Source: Mycobacterium sp. (GTDB lineage Bacteria; Actinomycetota; Actinomycetes; Mycobacteriales; Mycobacteriaceae). From it: 64,000 nt of DNA. Under the pieces are notes generated by a model. It searched no databases and had not been told where the DNA came from. It worked only from the letters and a program-made list of their open reading frames with translations. The stretch covers positions 9,502-73,501 of the forward strand of contig NZ_DATJYB010000222.1 of the NCBI RefSeq assembly GCF_035499775.1. Reading direction: 5' to 3'. The first letter of the stretch is position 1. Every line of letters begins with the position of its first letter. The position numbers were made by a program, and so were the translations under genes. Positions 20,131 through 31,720 of this stretch are shown piece by piece.

Positions 20131-21542
20131 CTAAAGCGGTAGTCGTCGGCGCTGGACCTAACGGGCTGGCCGCGGCGATCCATCTGGCCCGCAACGGTAT
20201 TGACGTCCAGGTGCTGGAGGCCCAGGACACCATCGGCGGGGGAGTGCGCTCGGGTGAGCTGACGGTGCCGGGCGTCATCCACGACCATTGCTCGGCATTT
20301 CACCCGCTGGGCGTGGGTTCGCCGTTCTGGAAGGAGATCAACCTTGCGGGCTACGGCCTGAACTGGAAGTGGCCGGAGATCGACTGCGCGCATCCGCTCG
20401 ACGACGGGAGCGCCGGCGTGCTGTATCAGTCGATCGAGCAGACCGCGAGCGGCATGGGCCCCGACGGCAACCGATGGCGGCGCGCCGTGGGTGACTTGGC
20501 GGCCGGGTTCGATCAGCTTTCCGAAGATCTGCTGCGCCCGGTGATCAACATCCCGCGTCACCCGATTCGTCTGGCCCTGTTCGGCCCGCGCGCGGTGCTG
20601 CCGGCCACCACCATGGCCCGCTGGTTTCGCACCGAGCGGGTGCGCGCACTGTTCGGCGGCGCGGCAGCGCATGCCTTTGCCCGGTTGGACCGGCCGCTGA
20701 CGGCCTCGCTGGGGCTGATGATCCTGGCCAGCGGTCACCGCTACGGCTGGCCCGTCGCGCAAGGCGGATCCGGCTCGATCACCGACGCCCTGGCCGCCGC
20801 CGTGAGCGCGCACGGCGGCACGGTCACGACCGGGGTGACCGTCGCCACGCGAGGCGAGATTCCCGACGCCGACATCGTCATGCTCGACCTCACCCCGGCC
20901 GCCGTGCTGGACCTCTACGGGGACCTCATGCCCGGCCGCGTCAAGCGGTCCTACCGGCGCTATCGGGAGGGGTCGTCGGCGTTCAAGGTGGACTTCGCGA
21001 TCGAGGGCGACATCCCGTGGACCAACCCCGACTGCGGGCGCGCGGGCACGGTCCATCTGGGTGGCACATTCGCCGAGATTGCTGACACCGAATGTCAACG
21101 CGCACAAGGCAAAATGGTGGAACGGCCCTTCGTGCTGCTCGGGCAACAGTACCTGGCCGACCCGTCCCGCAGCGCGGGCGACGTCAACCCGATATACGCC
21201 TACGCGCACGTGCCGTTCGGCTACACCGGCGATGCCACCGGCGCCGTCGTCGAGCAGATAGAGCGGTTCGCTCCGGGATTCCGCGACCGCGTCGTGGCGA
21301 CCGTCAGTACGAGCACCGCCGGACTGCAGGCGGACAACGCCAACTTCATCGGCGGGGACATCATCGGTGGGGCCAATGACCGGCTGCAGATCGTCTTCCG
21401 CCCGCGGGTGGCCGCCAATCCGTACGCGACCGGTGTGCCGGGGGTGTACCTGTGCTCGCAGTCCACGCCGCCGGGCGCCGGGATCCACGGATTGTGCGGC
21501 TACCACGCCGCCGAATCAGCGCTGCGGCGGTTGCGCAAGTAG
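20127..21542 (+). CDS. FAD-dependent oxidoreductase, phytoene-desaturase-like (Rv1432-like)
   Basis: I call 471 aa starting at MTKAVVVGAGPNGLAAAIHLARNG, a Rossmann GxGxxG motif. Its start overlaps the upstream stop by ATGA. Confidence 0.85.
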   Translation: MTKAVVVGAGPNGLAAAIHLARNGIDVQVLEAQDTIGGGVRSGELTVPGVIHDHCSAFHPLGVGSPFWKEINLAGYGLNWKWPEIDCAHPLDDGSAGVLYQSIEQTASGMGPDGNRWRRAVGDLAAGFDQLSEDLLRPVINIPRHPIRLALFGPRAVLPATTMARWFRTERVRALFGGAAAHAFARLDRPLTASLGLMILASGHRYGWPVAQGGSGSITDALAAAVSAHGGTVTTGVTVATRGEIPDADIVMLDLTPAAVLDLYGDLMPGRVKRSYRRYREGSSAFKVDFAIEGDIPWTNPDCGRAGTVHLGGTFAEIADTECQRAQGKMVERPFVLLGQQYLADPSRSAGDVNPIYAYAHVPFGYTGDATGAVVEQIERFAPGFRDRVVATVSTSTAGLQADNANFIGGDIIGGANDRLQIVFRPRVAANPYATGVPGVYLCSQSTPPGAGIHGLCGYHAAESALRRLRK

Positions 21543-21652
21543 CTCACCGGGACGTCCCGACGTCACATGCGTCCATCGATGCCCTTCAACCACATCTGCC
21601 ACAGCCGTGGCGCGGGACTGTTACCGGCGCCGCGAACGTTGCTGATGACTGA

Positions 21653-22726
<1,074 letters not shown>

Positions 22727-22728
22727 CC

Positions 22729-23976
22729 GTGCCAGAGTCCTCGCTTCCAACTCTCAAAGATCTGCTGGCCGAAGGTGTTTCGGGTCGCGGCGTGCTGGTG
22801 CGCAGCGACCTGAACGTCCCACTCGACGACGAGGGCGCCATCACCGACCCGGGCCGGATCACCGCATCGGTGCCGACGTTGAAGGCGCTGGTCGAGGCGG
22901 GCGCGAAGGTGGTGGTGACCGCGCACCTGGGCCGTCCCAAAGACGGCCCCGACCCGAAACTTTCGCTGGCCCCGGTCGCCGCGGCACTCGGCGAGCAGCT
23001 CGGCCGGCATGTACAGCTGGCCGGCGATGTCGTCGGCACCGACGCGCTGGCCCGCGCCGAGGGCCTGACCGACGGCGACATCCTGCTGCTGGAGAACATC
23101 CGTTTCGACCCGCGCGAGACCAGCAAGGACGACAGCCAGCGACTGGCTCTGGCCAAGCAACTCGTCGAATTGGTCTCGCCGGGAGGTGCTTTCGTCTCCG
23201 ACGGCTTCGGGGTGGTGCATCGCAAGCAAGCCTCGGTGTATGACGTCGCGACGCTGGTGCCGCACTACGCCGGCACGCTGGTCGCCGAGGAGATCAAGGT
23301 GCTCGAGCAGCTGACCCACTCGACCAAACGCCCCTACGCGGTGGTGTTGGGCGGGTCGAAGGTGTCCGACAAACTCGGCGTCATCGAATCGCTGGCGACC
23401 AAAGCCGACAGTATCGTGATCGGTGGCGGGATGTGCTTCACGTTCCTTGCCGCGCAAGGTTTTTCGGTCGGAAAGTCGCTGCTGGAAAGCGATATGATCT
23501 ATGTCTGCCGTCGGCTGCTGGACACCTACGCCGACGTGCTGCGACTGCCCAGGGACATCGTGGTGGCGGAGCAGTTCGCGGCGGGTTCGCCGTCGCAGAC
23601 GGTTGCCGCCAACGCGATTCCGGAAGAGCTGATGGGCCTGGATATCGGGCCGGATTCGGTGAAACGCTTTGCGGCCCTGCTGTCCAACGCCAGCACCGTG
23701 TTCTGGAACGGCCCGATGGGTGTGTTCGAGTTCCCGGAGTTCGCCGCGGGCACCCGAGGCGTGGCCGAAGCGATCGCCGCCGCGACCGGCAAGGGCGCAT
23801 TCAGCGTGGTGGGTGGTGGTGACTCGGCGGCCGCGGTGCGCGCGCTGGGCATCCCGGAGGGCGAATTTTCGCACATATCCACCGGCGGCGGAGCGTCGCT
23901 GGAATACCTTGAGGGCAAGACACTTCCCGGTATCCGGGTACTGAGAAGTGAGCAGCCAAGTGAAGGAGACTCGTGA
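22729..23976 (+). CDS. pgk: Phosphoglycerate kinase
   Basis: The 415-aa ORF shows typical PGK conservation ([20 protein letters not shown]). Confidence 0.97.
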   Translation: MPESSLPTLKDLLAEGVSGRGVLVRSDLNVPLDDEGAITDPGRITASVPTLKALVEAGAKVVVTAHLGRPKDGPDPKLSLAPVAAALGEQLGRHVQLAGDVVGTDALARAEGLTDGDILLLENIRFDPRETSKDDSQRLALAKQLVELVSPGGAFVSDGFGVVHRKQASVYDVATLVPHYAGTLVAEEIKVLEQLTHSTKRPYAVVLGGSKVSDKLGVIESLATKADSIVIGGGMCFTFLAAQGFSVGKSLLESDMIYVCRRLLDTYADVLRLPRDIVVAEQFAAGSPSQTVAANAIPEELMGLDIGPDSVKRFAALLSNASTVFWNGPMGVFEFPEFAAGTRGVAEAIAAATGKGAFSVVGGGDSAAAVRALGIPEGEFSHISTGGGASLEYLEGKTLPGIRVLRSEQPSEGDS

Positions 23977-24758
23977 GTCGCAAGCCACTGATTGCCGGCA
24001 ACTGGAAGATGAATCTCAATCACTTCGAGGCGATCGCGCTGGTGCAAAAGATCGCGTTCGCGCTGCCGGACAAGTACTACGACAAGGTGGACGTCACGGT
24101 GCTGCCGCCGTTCACCAACCTGCGCAGTGTGCAAACCCTGGTCGACGGCGACAAGCTGCGGCTGACCTACGGCGCCCAGGACCTCTCGCCACACGAGCCG
24201 GGCGCCTACACCGGTGACATCAGCGGCACCTTCCTGGCCAAGCTGGGCTGCAGCTTCGTCACCGTCGGGCACTCCGAGCGGCGCACCTACCACAACGAGG
24301 ACGACGCGCTGGTGGCCGCCAAGGCCGCCGCTGCGCTCAAATACGAGCTGACCCCGATCGTGTGCATCGGCGAGCACCTCGACGTCCGCGAGGCCGGCAA
24401 CCACGTCTCGCACAACGTCGAGCAGCTGCGCGGCTCGCTGGCCGGGCTGTCGGCCGAGCAGATCGGCGACGTCGTCATCGCCTACGAGCCGGTCTGGGCG
24501 ATTGGAACCGGGCGGGTGGCCAGTGCGTCCGATGCTCAGGAGGTGTGCGCGGCGATCCGGGCGGAGCTGGGTGCCCTGGCCTCACCGAAGATCGCCGAAA
24601 CCGTGCGGGTGCTCTACGGCGGCTCGGTGAACGCGAAGAATGTGGGCGACATCGTCGGGCAGGACGACGTCGACGGCGGCCTGGTCGGTGGAGCGTCGCT
24701 GGACGGGGAGCAGTTCGCGACGCTGGCGGCCATCGCCGCCGGCGGGCCCCTGCCCTGA
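23973..24758 (+). CDS. tpiA: Triosephosphate isomerase
   Basis: It has AGNWKMN and [11 protein letters not shown] motifs. Its start overlaps the pgk stop by GTGA. Confidence 0.97.
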   Translation: MSRKPLIAGNWKMNLNHFEAIALVQKIAFALPDKYYDKVDVTVLPPFTNLRSVQTLVDGDKLRLTYGAQDLSPHEPGAYTGDISGTFLAKLGCSFVTVGHSERRTYHNEDDALVAAKAAAALKYELTPIVCIGEHLDVREAGNHVSHNVEQLRGSLAGLSAEQIGDVVIAYEPVWAIGTGRVASASDAQEVCAAIRAELGALASPKIAETVRVLYGGSVNAKNVGDIVGQDDVDGGLVGGASLDGEQFATLAAIAAGGPLP

Positions 24759-24879
24759 CGGGGCCCCGCGCGGGCGCCACCGTGCGGTTAGCAGGGAAAA
24801 AGACAGTGAGGGCGACAGCGCTCATCGCACCTGCGGTCAAACGGAGAATACGGTGCCGACGGCCACAGAACCCCTGGTG

Positions 24880-25557
24880 CTATGACCTGCCCAACGCCAC
24901 GAGCAGCGGCAACAGTACCAGCAACAAACACACCACCATCAAGGCGATGTAGATGCCCAGGCCGTTGAACTTCTGCGGTGGGGGGCCCAGCGAGCCCCCG
25001 CTGAACGTCCAGATCGGCGCCTTGTATTCGAGGTCAACCACCCGGCCGGGGTAGACGTCGACCGTGGTGTCCGCCGGCCCGATCTTTGACGGCAGGAAGT
25101 ACGGCACGTGGACGTGGACGTGATGCGGTCCCGGGCGAGCCGGCACCACCGTGCGACCCCAGCCGGTGGCCGGAGCCTCGTAACCGTCGACGATGATCTT
25201 CGGCTTGACCAGCAGCAACAGGAATGCCATCGGGAAGAAGCGGGTGGTGACGGCGATGCCTTCGGACGGCTGGCCGTAGCCCTGCGGACCGGGTTGTTGC
25301 ACGTTCGCCGGTTGCCCGGGCGACGGGTAAGAGGATGGCGCCTGCTGCGGGTAAGGGGATGGGGCCTGCGGATAGGGGGGCGGTGCCTGGGGCCTGGGCG
25401 GCGGCGCCTGAGGATACGGCTGGTGCGACCCGGGCGGCTGTCCGTACTGCGGTTGTCCGTACTGCGGCTGTCCGTACTGCGGTTGTCCGTACTGCGGTTG
25501 TCCGTGCGGTGGCTGACCGTGCTGGGGATTCGGCCCAGGTCCCTGGGGATAGTTCAT
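24880..25557 (-). CDS. Pro/Gln-rich repeat membrane protein
   Basis: The 225-aa ORF has an N-terminal low-complexity region with (PQYGQ)x4 and PQAPPPxP repeats. It also has TM segments [11 protein letters not shown] and [23 protein letters not shown]. Confidence 0.6.
   Translation of the reverse strand: MNYPQGPGPNPQHGQPPHGQPQYGQPQYGQPQYGQPQYGQPPGSHQPYPQAPPPRPQAPPPYPQAPSPYPQQAPSSYPSPGQPANVQQPGPQGYGQPSEGIAVTTRFFPMAFLLLLVKPKIIVDGYEAPATGWGRTVVPARPGPHHVHVHVPYFLPSKIGPADTTVDVYPGRVVDLEYKAPIWTFSGGSLGPPPQKFNGLGIYIALMVVCLLLVLLPLLVALGRS
25438..25497. repeat. 4 x 15-bp in-frame tandem repeat encoding PQYGQ
   Basis: The units are (C/T)TGTCCGTACTGCGG at 25438, 25453, 25468 and 25483. A degenerate copy follows, extending to about 25512. 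Confidence 0.9.
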
Positions 25558-25566
25558 CGCGGGTGA

Positions 25567-25806
25567 TCAGTGCACTTTGTACTTGATCGCCAGCTCTACG
25601 CCGATGATGCTCACCAGCCAGATGCCGGTGATGAACAGCGTCAACCGGTCCAGGTTCTTCTCGACGACGGTCGACCCGGACAGGCTGGACTGCACGCCAC
25701 CGCCGAACAGCGTCGACAGGCCGCCGCCCTTCGCACGGTGGAGCAACACCAGCAACACCACCAGCACACTGGTGACCACCAGGGTGATCTGTAGGGCCAA
25801 TACCAT
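25567..25806 (-). CDS. secG: Preprotein translocase subunit SecG
   Basis: I call 79 aa starting at MVLALQITLVVTSVLVVLLVLLHRAKGGGLSTLFGGG. From memory this closely matches M. tuberculosis SecG. The longer ORF-track start is an upstream artefact. Confidence 0.9.
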   Translation of the reverse strand: MVLALQITLVVTSVLVVLLVLLHRAKGGGLSTLFGGGVQSSLSGSTVVEKNLDRLTLFITGIWLVSIIGVELAIKYKVH

Positions 25807-26024
25807 GAGTGGCAGCCTACCGAACGTGATTCGACCCGCCAAAGGCGCCGTGCCGGCGATGAGAGCGCCTGGCCTGCGGTGAGGGCGGATCGATCTCGTG
25901 ACCGAAGCCGGGGAACTCGCAAAATCCGCGCCCCGGGCCGCAGGCTCGACGCGGTAGCCGCAGACTCGACGCCGGCCGAAGCTCCAACAGGCGACTCGGA
26001 CGATTCGCACCGATACTGGGACCC

Positions 26025-28826
26025 ATGGCTGAACCGACCGATTCCGCGCTGGAACCAATCGGTGCTGTGCACCGGACTCGGGTCGGCCGCGAGGCGACCG
26101 AGCCGATGCGCGCCGACATCAGGCTGCTGGGCACCATCCTCGGCGACACCGTGCGCGAGCAGAACGGCGACGAGGTGTTCGACCTCGTCGAACGTGCCCG
26201 GGTGGAAGCGTTCCGGGTGCGTCGCTCCGAGATCGACCGGTCCGAGATGTCGCGCATGTTCGACGGCATCGACATCCGCCAAGCCATCCCGGTCATTCGG
26301 GCGTTCAGTCATTTCGCGCTGTTGGCCAACGTCGCCGAAGACATCCACCGGGAGCGCCGTCGCGGTGTTCACGCCGGGGCCGGCGAGCCGCCCCCGGACA
26401 GCAGCCTGGCCGCCACGTACGCGAAACTCGATGTGGCGGAACTAGATTCAGCCACCGTCGCCGATGCCCTGAAGGGCGCGCTGGTGGCTCCGGTCATCAC
26501 CGCCCATCCCACCGAGACCCGGCGGCGCACCGTCTTCGTCACCCAGCACCGGATCACCCAGCTGATGCGGCTGCACGCGGAGGGACACACCGAGACCGAC
26601 GACGGCCGCAGCATCGAAGTGGAGTTGCGCCGCCAGATCCTGACGCTGTGGCAGACCGCGCTGATCCGGCTGTCCCGGCTGCAGATCACCGACGAGATCG
26701 CGGTTGGGCTGCGCTATTACCAGTCCGCGTTCTTCAAGGTCATTCCGAAGGTCAACGCCGAGGTCCGGGACGCGCTGCGGGATCGCTGGCCCGACGCCGA
26801 CCTGCTTCCCCAGCCGATTCTGCAGCCCGGCTCCTGGATCGGTGGCGACCGCGACGGCAATCCGAACGTGACCGCCGACGTGGTGCGGCTGGCCAGCGGC
26901 AGCGCAGCGTTCACCGCGCTGGCGCACTACCTGGTCGAACTCGACCGTCTCGAGCAGGAGCTGTCGATGTCGTCGCGACTGCTCGCCGTTACTCCGGAGC
27001 TGGCCGCCCTGGCCGACGGCTGCCAGGACAAGGCTCGCGACGACGAGCCGTACCGCCGGGCATTGCGGGTGATCCGCGCCCGGCTCAGCGCGACCGCCGC
27101 CGAAATCCTGGACCAGGAGCCGCAGCACCTACTCGACCTGGGTTTGCCGGCCTATGCCACCCCGGGCGAGTTGCGGGCCGACCTCGACACGATCGATGCT
27201 TCGCTGCGCACCCACGGCAGCGCGCTGTTGGCCGACGACCGCCTGGCCCTGCTGCGGGAAGGCGTGGCGGTCTTCGGGTTTCACCTGTGCGGCCTGGACC
27301 TGCGGCAGAACTCCGATATGCACGAAGAGGTGGTCGCCGAGCTGCTGGCGTGGGCCGGGGTGCACCCGGACTACCGCTCGCTGCCCGAAGACGAACGGGT
27401 CGAGTTGCTGGCCGAAGAACTCAGCACCCGCCGCCCACTGGTCGGCGACCGCGCGCAGCTCTCCGAGTTGGCCCGCGGCGAGCTGGGTGTCGTCGCGGCC
27501 GCCGCCCGCGCGGTCGAGATCTACGGCCCGGCCGCGGTGCCCAACTACGTCATCTCGATGTGCAAGTCGGTCTCGGATGTCTTGGAGGCCGCGATCCTGC
27601 TGAAAGAGGTCGGCCTGTTGGATGCCTCCGGGCCGGAACCCTATGCGCCGGTGGGTATCTCGCCGCTGTTCGAGACGATCGAGGATCTGCAGAACGGGTC
27701 GGCGATCCTGCACGCCATGCTGGAACTTCCGCTGTATCGCGCGATGGTGGCCGCCCGGGGCGAATCCCAGGAAGTCATGCTGGGGTATTCCGATTCCAAC
27801 AAGGACGGCGGGTATCTGGCGGCCAACTGGGCGGTTTACCGGGCCGAGCTGGCCCTCGCCGAAGTTGCCCGCAAGACCGGAATCCGGTTGCGGCTCTTCC
27901 ACGGTCGCGGCGGCACCGTCGGCCGCGGTGGCGGCCCCAGCTACCAGGCCATCCTGGCGCAACCGCCGGGAGCGGTGAACGGCTCGCTGCGTCTGACCGA
28001 GCAGGGTGAGGTGATCGCGGCCAAATACGCCGAACCGCAGATGGCGCGGCGAAATCTGGAGAGCCTGGTGGCAGCCACCCTGGAATCCACGCTGCTGGAC
28101 ATGGAGGGCCTCGGCGACTCCGCGGAGCCCGCTTACGCCGTGCTCGACGAAGTGGCTACCCTCGCGCAGCGCGCTTACGCCGAATTAGTCCACGACACAC
28201 CGGGTTTCGTCGAGTACTTCAAGGCCTCGACGCCGGTGAGCGAGATCGGCTCGCTGAACATCGGCAGCCGGCCCACGTCACGCAAGCCCACCCAGTCGAT
28301 CGCGGACCTGCGCGCCATCCCGTGGGTGCTGGCCTGGAGCCAGTCGCGGGTCATGCTGCCCGGTTGGTACGGCACCGGGTCGGCGTTCGAGCAGTGGATC
28401 GCGGCGGGCCCGGAAAACGAGCGGGTGGCAGTCCTGCGCGACTTGTACGAGCGCTGGCCGTTCTTCCGCAGCGTGCTGTCCAACATGGCGCAGGTGCTGG
28501 CCAAGAGCGACCTGGGCCTGGCCGCCCGCTACGCCGAGCTGGTACCCGATGAGTCGTTGCGGCACAGGGTGTTTGACAAGATCGCCGACGAACACCAGCG
28601 AACCATCGCCATGCACAAGCTCATCACGGGTCAAGAAGACCTGCTGGCCGACAACGTGGCGCTGGCGCGTTCGGTCTTCAACCGATTCCCGTACCTGGAG
28701 CCGCTGAACCACCTTCAGGTGGAGTTGCTGCGCCGGTACCGCTCCGGCGACGACGACGAATTGGTGCAGCGCGGCATTCTGCTGACCATGAACGGGTTGT
28801 CCAGCGCGCTTCGGAATAGCGGGTAA
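26025..28826 (+). CDS. ppc: Phosphoenolpyruvate carboxylase
   Basis: The 933-aa ORF has [18 protein letters not shown] and [14 protein letters not shown] motifs, and a C-terminal [14 protein letters not shown]. Confidence 0.95.
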   Translation: MAEPTDSALEPIGAVHRTRVGREATEPMRADIRLLGTILGDTVREQNGDEVFDLVERARVEAFRVRRSEIDRSEMSRMFDGIDIRQAIPVIRAFSHFALLANVAEDIHRERRRGVHAGAGEPPPDSSLAATYAKLDVAELDSATVADALKGALVAPVITAHPTETRRRTVFVTQHRITQLMRLHAEGHTETDDGRSIEVELRRQILTLWQTALIRLSRLQITDEIAVGLRYYQSAFFKVIPKVNAEVRDALRDRWPDADLLPQPILQPGSWIGGDRDGNPNVTADVVRLASGSAAFTALAHYLVELDRLEQELSMSSRLLAVTPELAALADGCQDKARDDEPYRRALRVIRARLSATAAEILDQEPQHLLDLGLPAYATPGELRADLDTIDASLRTHGSALLADDRLALLREGVAVFGFHLCGLDLRQNSDMHEEVVAELLAWAGVHPDYRSLPEDERVELLAEELSTRRPLVGDRAQLSELARGELGVVAAAARAVEIYGPAAVPNYVISMCKSVSDVLEAAILLKEVGLLDASGPEPYAPVGISPLFETIEDLQNGSAILHAMLELPLYRAMVAARGESQEVMLGYSDSNKDGGYLAANWAVYRAELALAEVARKTGIRLRLFHGRGGTVGRGGGPSYQAILAQPPGAVNGSLRLTEQGEVIAAKYAEPQMARRNLESLVAATLESTLLDMEGLGDSAEPAYAVLDEVATLAQRAYAELVHDTPGFVEYFKASTPVSEIGSLNIGSRPTSRKPTQSIADLRAIPWVLAWSQSRVMLPGWYGTGSAFEQWIAAGPENERVAVLRDLYERWPFFRSVLSNMAQVLAKSDLGLAARYAELVPDESLRHRVFDKIADEHQRTIAMHKLITGQEDLLADNVALARSVFNRFPYLEPLNHLQVELLRRYRSGDDDELVQRGILLTMNGLSSALRNSG

Positions 28827-29367
28827 CTCCGGCGATCTACGGCCCGCGCATCCTTGGGCGCCTCGGCATCAATCCCTCGTCGGCGCTGGGCACTATCGAC
28901 CAGGGCAATTCAGCGGCAACTCGGGGGAATTTCAGGTAGTCGACTACTCGCGACAGTTCTTACTGCGTTGGGCAACATACCTCGTGGCTGACCCTACCCA
29001 CCGTCAGGCATCCGAGTATGGAGAACGACGTGTCTCGAACGACGAACAACTCCCATGACTGCGGAGCAGGAGCACAAGTGCACATGCTGCTGGAGCGGAT
29101 GGATACCAGCAACTTCACGCTGATCAACCGTGGCTTCCACTGGGTGCAGCCGGACCCTTACATCCGCTGATCGCGGGGGTCGGAAACTCCGCTGCAAGGA
29201 CTCGAACTTGAACTGGTCGGAAAAATGGATGTGTGGGTGACCTACGACGAATTGCATATTCGATTGTGGCGCACGCGGATTGTGGTCGGATACGATTTCA
29301 GTTCCGCACTCCATTGCAAGCTGGACAGCTGTATGAGAAACAGAGGCCCCTATACAGGAGAACGGCG

Positions 29368-31593
29368 ATGAATAACGTAGGCCCCGAGATAGGGACGCAC
29401 TTCGGACCCTATTTGCTCAAGCGGTTGCTCGGCAGTGGCGGCATGGGGGCCGTGTATGAGGCCCAAGACACCGTCATGGATCGAGTTGTGGCCTTGAAAC
29501 TCATCTCGGGCCCCTACGCGCAGGATCCCGACTATCGGCAGCGGCTACAGCGCGAAGCCCGCATCGCCGGGCGGCTGCAGGACCCCCATGTGGTGCCTGT
29601 CCACTCCACCGGCGAGATCGACGGTCAGCTCTACGTCGATATGCGGCTGATCAACGGCACCCCCCTGGACACAGTCTTGAGGAACTCGGGACCGCTGTCG
29701 CCGGCAAAGGCGGTGTCTGTGGTGGGCCAGATCGCCGCGGCGCTGGATGCCGCCCACGAGGTCGGGGTGCTGCACCGTGACGTGAAACCGGGAAACATCC
29801 TGATCACGGCTCGCGACTTCGCTTACCTGGTGGATTTCGGTATCGCCAACGCCGCCACTGAGCAGAAGTTGACCCAGATAGGCAATGTGCTCGGAACGTG
29901 GACCTACATGGCGCCGGAAAGGTTCCAGGGCGACGGGACCCAGGTGACGGAGCGTGCTGACACCTACGCGCTGGCGTGCGTGTTGTTCGAAGCCCTCACC
30001 GGGGCTCCGCCATTCTCCGGCGACACCGCGAGTCTGGTCGCCGCACACTTGACCCAGCCCGTCCCGCGCATCGGTTCGCGCGTGGGGCTGCCACCGGCAC
30101 TCGACGACGTGATCGCCCGCGGTATGGCCAAACAGCCTCAAGACCGATACGCGACGAGCGGAGAGTTTGCCCGAGCGGCCGAAGCTGCTCTCGCGACCTT
30201 GGGCAGCACGACTACCCGGATCCCGCTGGCGACAGTCACCGATTCGCCCGCACCGACTCTGCCCGCCCAGCACACGCCGCCGAACGTAGCAGCTCCTCCC
30301 ATTCACACCAATCCATACGGTCCTTATGCCGGGTCTTACGTTCCACCGACAACACCTCTTGGACCGCAGCCTGTACCCACGCGCGGCAAGCGGGGGCGGT
30401 GGGTTCTGGTCGCGGCGGCGATTCTCCTCGTCGTCGCCTTGGCGGCGGGATTCGGGATCTGGAAGCTGGTTGGCGGCAAGTCCTCCCGGCCGCAAGGTGT
30501 GGACCTCAGCAAACTCGACGTGGGACATTACGGGACGAAGCCCCGGCCCCTGACCGGTTCCCCGACCGTGGAGGAGGGCCGCTATCTCGAGGCCTTTCGC
30601 CTCGGCGAGGGCATCGTAAATCCCTACGACGTCGACCCCATACTGGATCACGTCGGCGGAGGGGCGCTAACGGAACCTCGGCGGGTCGCCGAGAGAATCA
30701 GCGGCACGCAAACACCCGTCGTGCAGCCGGTGTTGGAAAAGTACAGCATGATTACCACCTTTGCCGTCTCGGCGTTGAGCGACACAGGCAAAGACCGGCT
30801 GCATGTGATGTTGATAAGTTTCCCCAACGCTGACCTCGCCAGGAAGGCCGCCGCCGAGATGGACGCGACCGACTTCGCGGTAAACCCGGAAAACCAGCAG
30901 GCCGCGATCCCTGGGTATCCTCAGGCGAATTCACATTTTTGGCCCAAGTCTCCGACGCTCGTGGCGACCCTGGCACAAGGCAGGTTCGTCGTATGGACGC
31001 AAACCATCAACGCCCCAACGCCCGACCTAGACGCTATGAAGCAGCGGTTGAAACACGTCTTCGATCTACAGGTTCCCTTGATGCAGAAGCTGGCGGGTGC
31101 CTTGGAAGGCGACCTGACCTCGTTGCCGCTTGATCCGGATCAGATGCTCAGTCGAACCTTCGTCGCCGGGGACCAACCGAAGATATCCGATGCTTTTTGG
31201 AGCGCGGGTCCCCGCGCCGTCGGCGTGCTTTGTTCGAACAGCCAAATGCTCAAGGACGGGCTCCTCGGGCAGGCTGGCGTCGACCGATGCTCCCAGGGCG
31301 CCGACGGTTTCCTGCTGCGGGCGAAAGACGAGACTGCTGCTGCGGCGGCTCTGCCCAAGCTGATCGAGACTCGGAAAGAATCCGTCGAACATGACGTCGC
31401 ACCACCGGACGGGCTCGCCAACGCCGCCCGGTGCTTCGAAACGAAGCAAGAGCTCTGGGCCCAGAGCGCGAAGGCTCGCTTCATGTGTTATGTGACGTTT
31501 GGGCGCTACGTCGCCGGGATGACGAGCGGCGAGGAAAAGGACGCGCGCCGGCGCGCTGCTGCCCAGTACGCAATCCTGGTCAACGCCGATTAA
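29368..31593 (+). CDS. Transmembrane Ser/Thr protein kinase with a large uncharacterised ectodomain
   Basis: I call 741 aa from ATG 29368. Kinase motifs are GSGGMGAVY, VALK, HRDVKPGNIL, DFGIA and APE. A TM helix (WVLVAAAILLVVALAAGFGIW) follows. I do not recognise the roughly 340-aa C-terminal domain, which contains 4 Cys. Confidence 0.85.
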   Translation: MNNVGPEIGTHFGPYLLKRLLGSGGMGAVYEAQDTVMDRVVALKLISGPYAQDPDYRQRLQREARIAGRLQDPHVVPVHSTGEIDGQLYVDMRLINGTPLDTVLRNSGPLSPAKAVSVVGQIAAALDAAHEVGVLHRDVKPGNILITARDFAYLVDFGIANAATEQKLTQIGNVLGTWTYMAPERFQGDGTQVTERADTYALACVLFEALTGAPPFSGDTASLVAAHLTQPVPRIGSRVGLPPALDDVIARGMAKQPQDRYATSGEFARAAEAALATLGSTTTRIPLATVTDSPAPTLPAQHTPPNVAAPPIHTNPYGPYAGSYVPPTTPLGPQPVPTRGKRGRWVLVAAAILLVVALAAGFGIWKLVGGKSSRPQGVDLSKLDVGHYGTKPRPLTGSPTVEEGRYLEAFRLGEGIVNPYDVDPILDHVGGGALTEPRRVAERISGTQTPVVQPVLEKYSMITTFAVSALSDTGKDRLHVMLISFPNADLARKAAAEMDATDFAVNPENQQAAIPGYPQANSHFWPKSPTLVATLAQGRFVVWTQTINAPTPDLDAMKQRLKHVFDLQVPLMQKLAGALEGDLTSLPLDPDQMLSRTFVAGDQPKISDAFWSAGPRAVGVLCSNSQMLKDGLLGQAGVDRCSQGADGFLLRAKDETAAAAALPKLIETRKESVEHDVAPPDGLANAARCFETKQELWAQSAKARFMCYVTFGRYVAGMTSGEEKDARRRAAAQYAILVNAD

Positions 31594-31720
31594 GCGCCCG
31601 TCGATGGCTGTCGTGCGCCCCTGACAAAGTCGTCCGGGAGCTCTCAAAATGCTTGGGGCTCAACCCTATGGGGCTGAGCTGTTGATCGCCATGGCGCGAT
31701 TGACCAAGGTGTAAGTCGCC

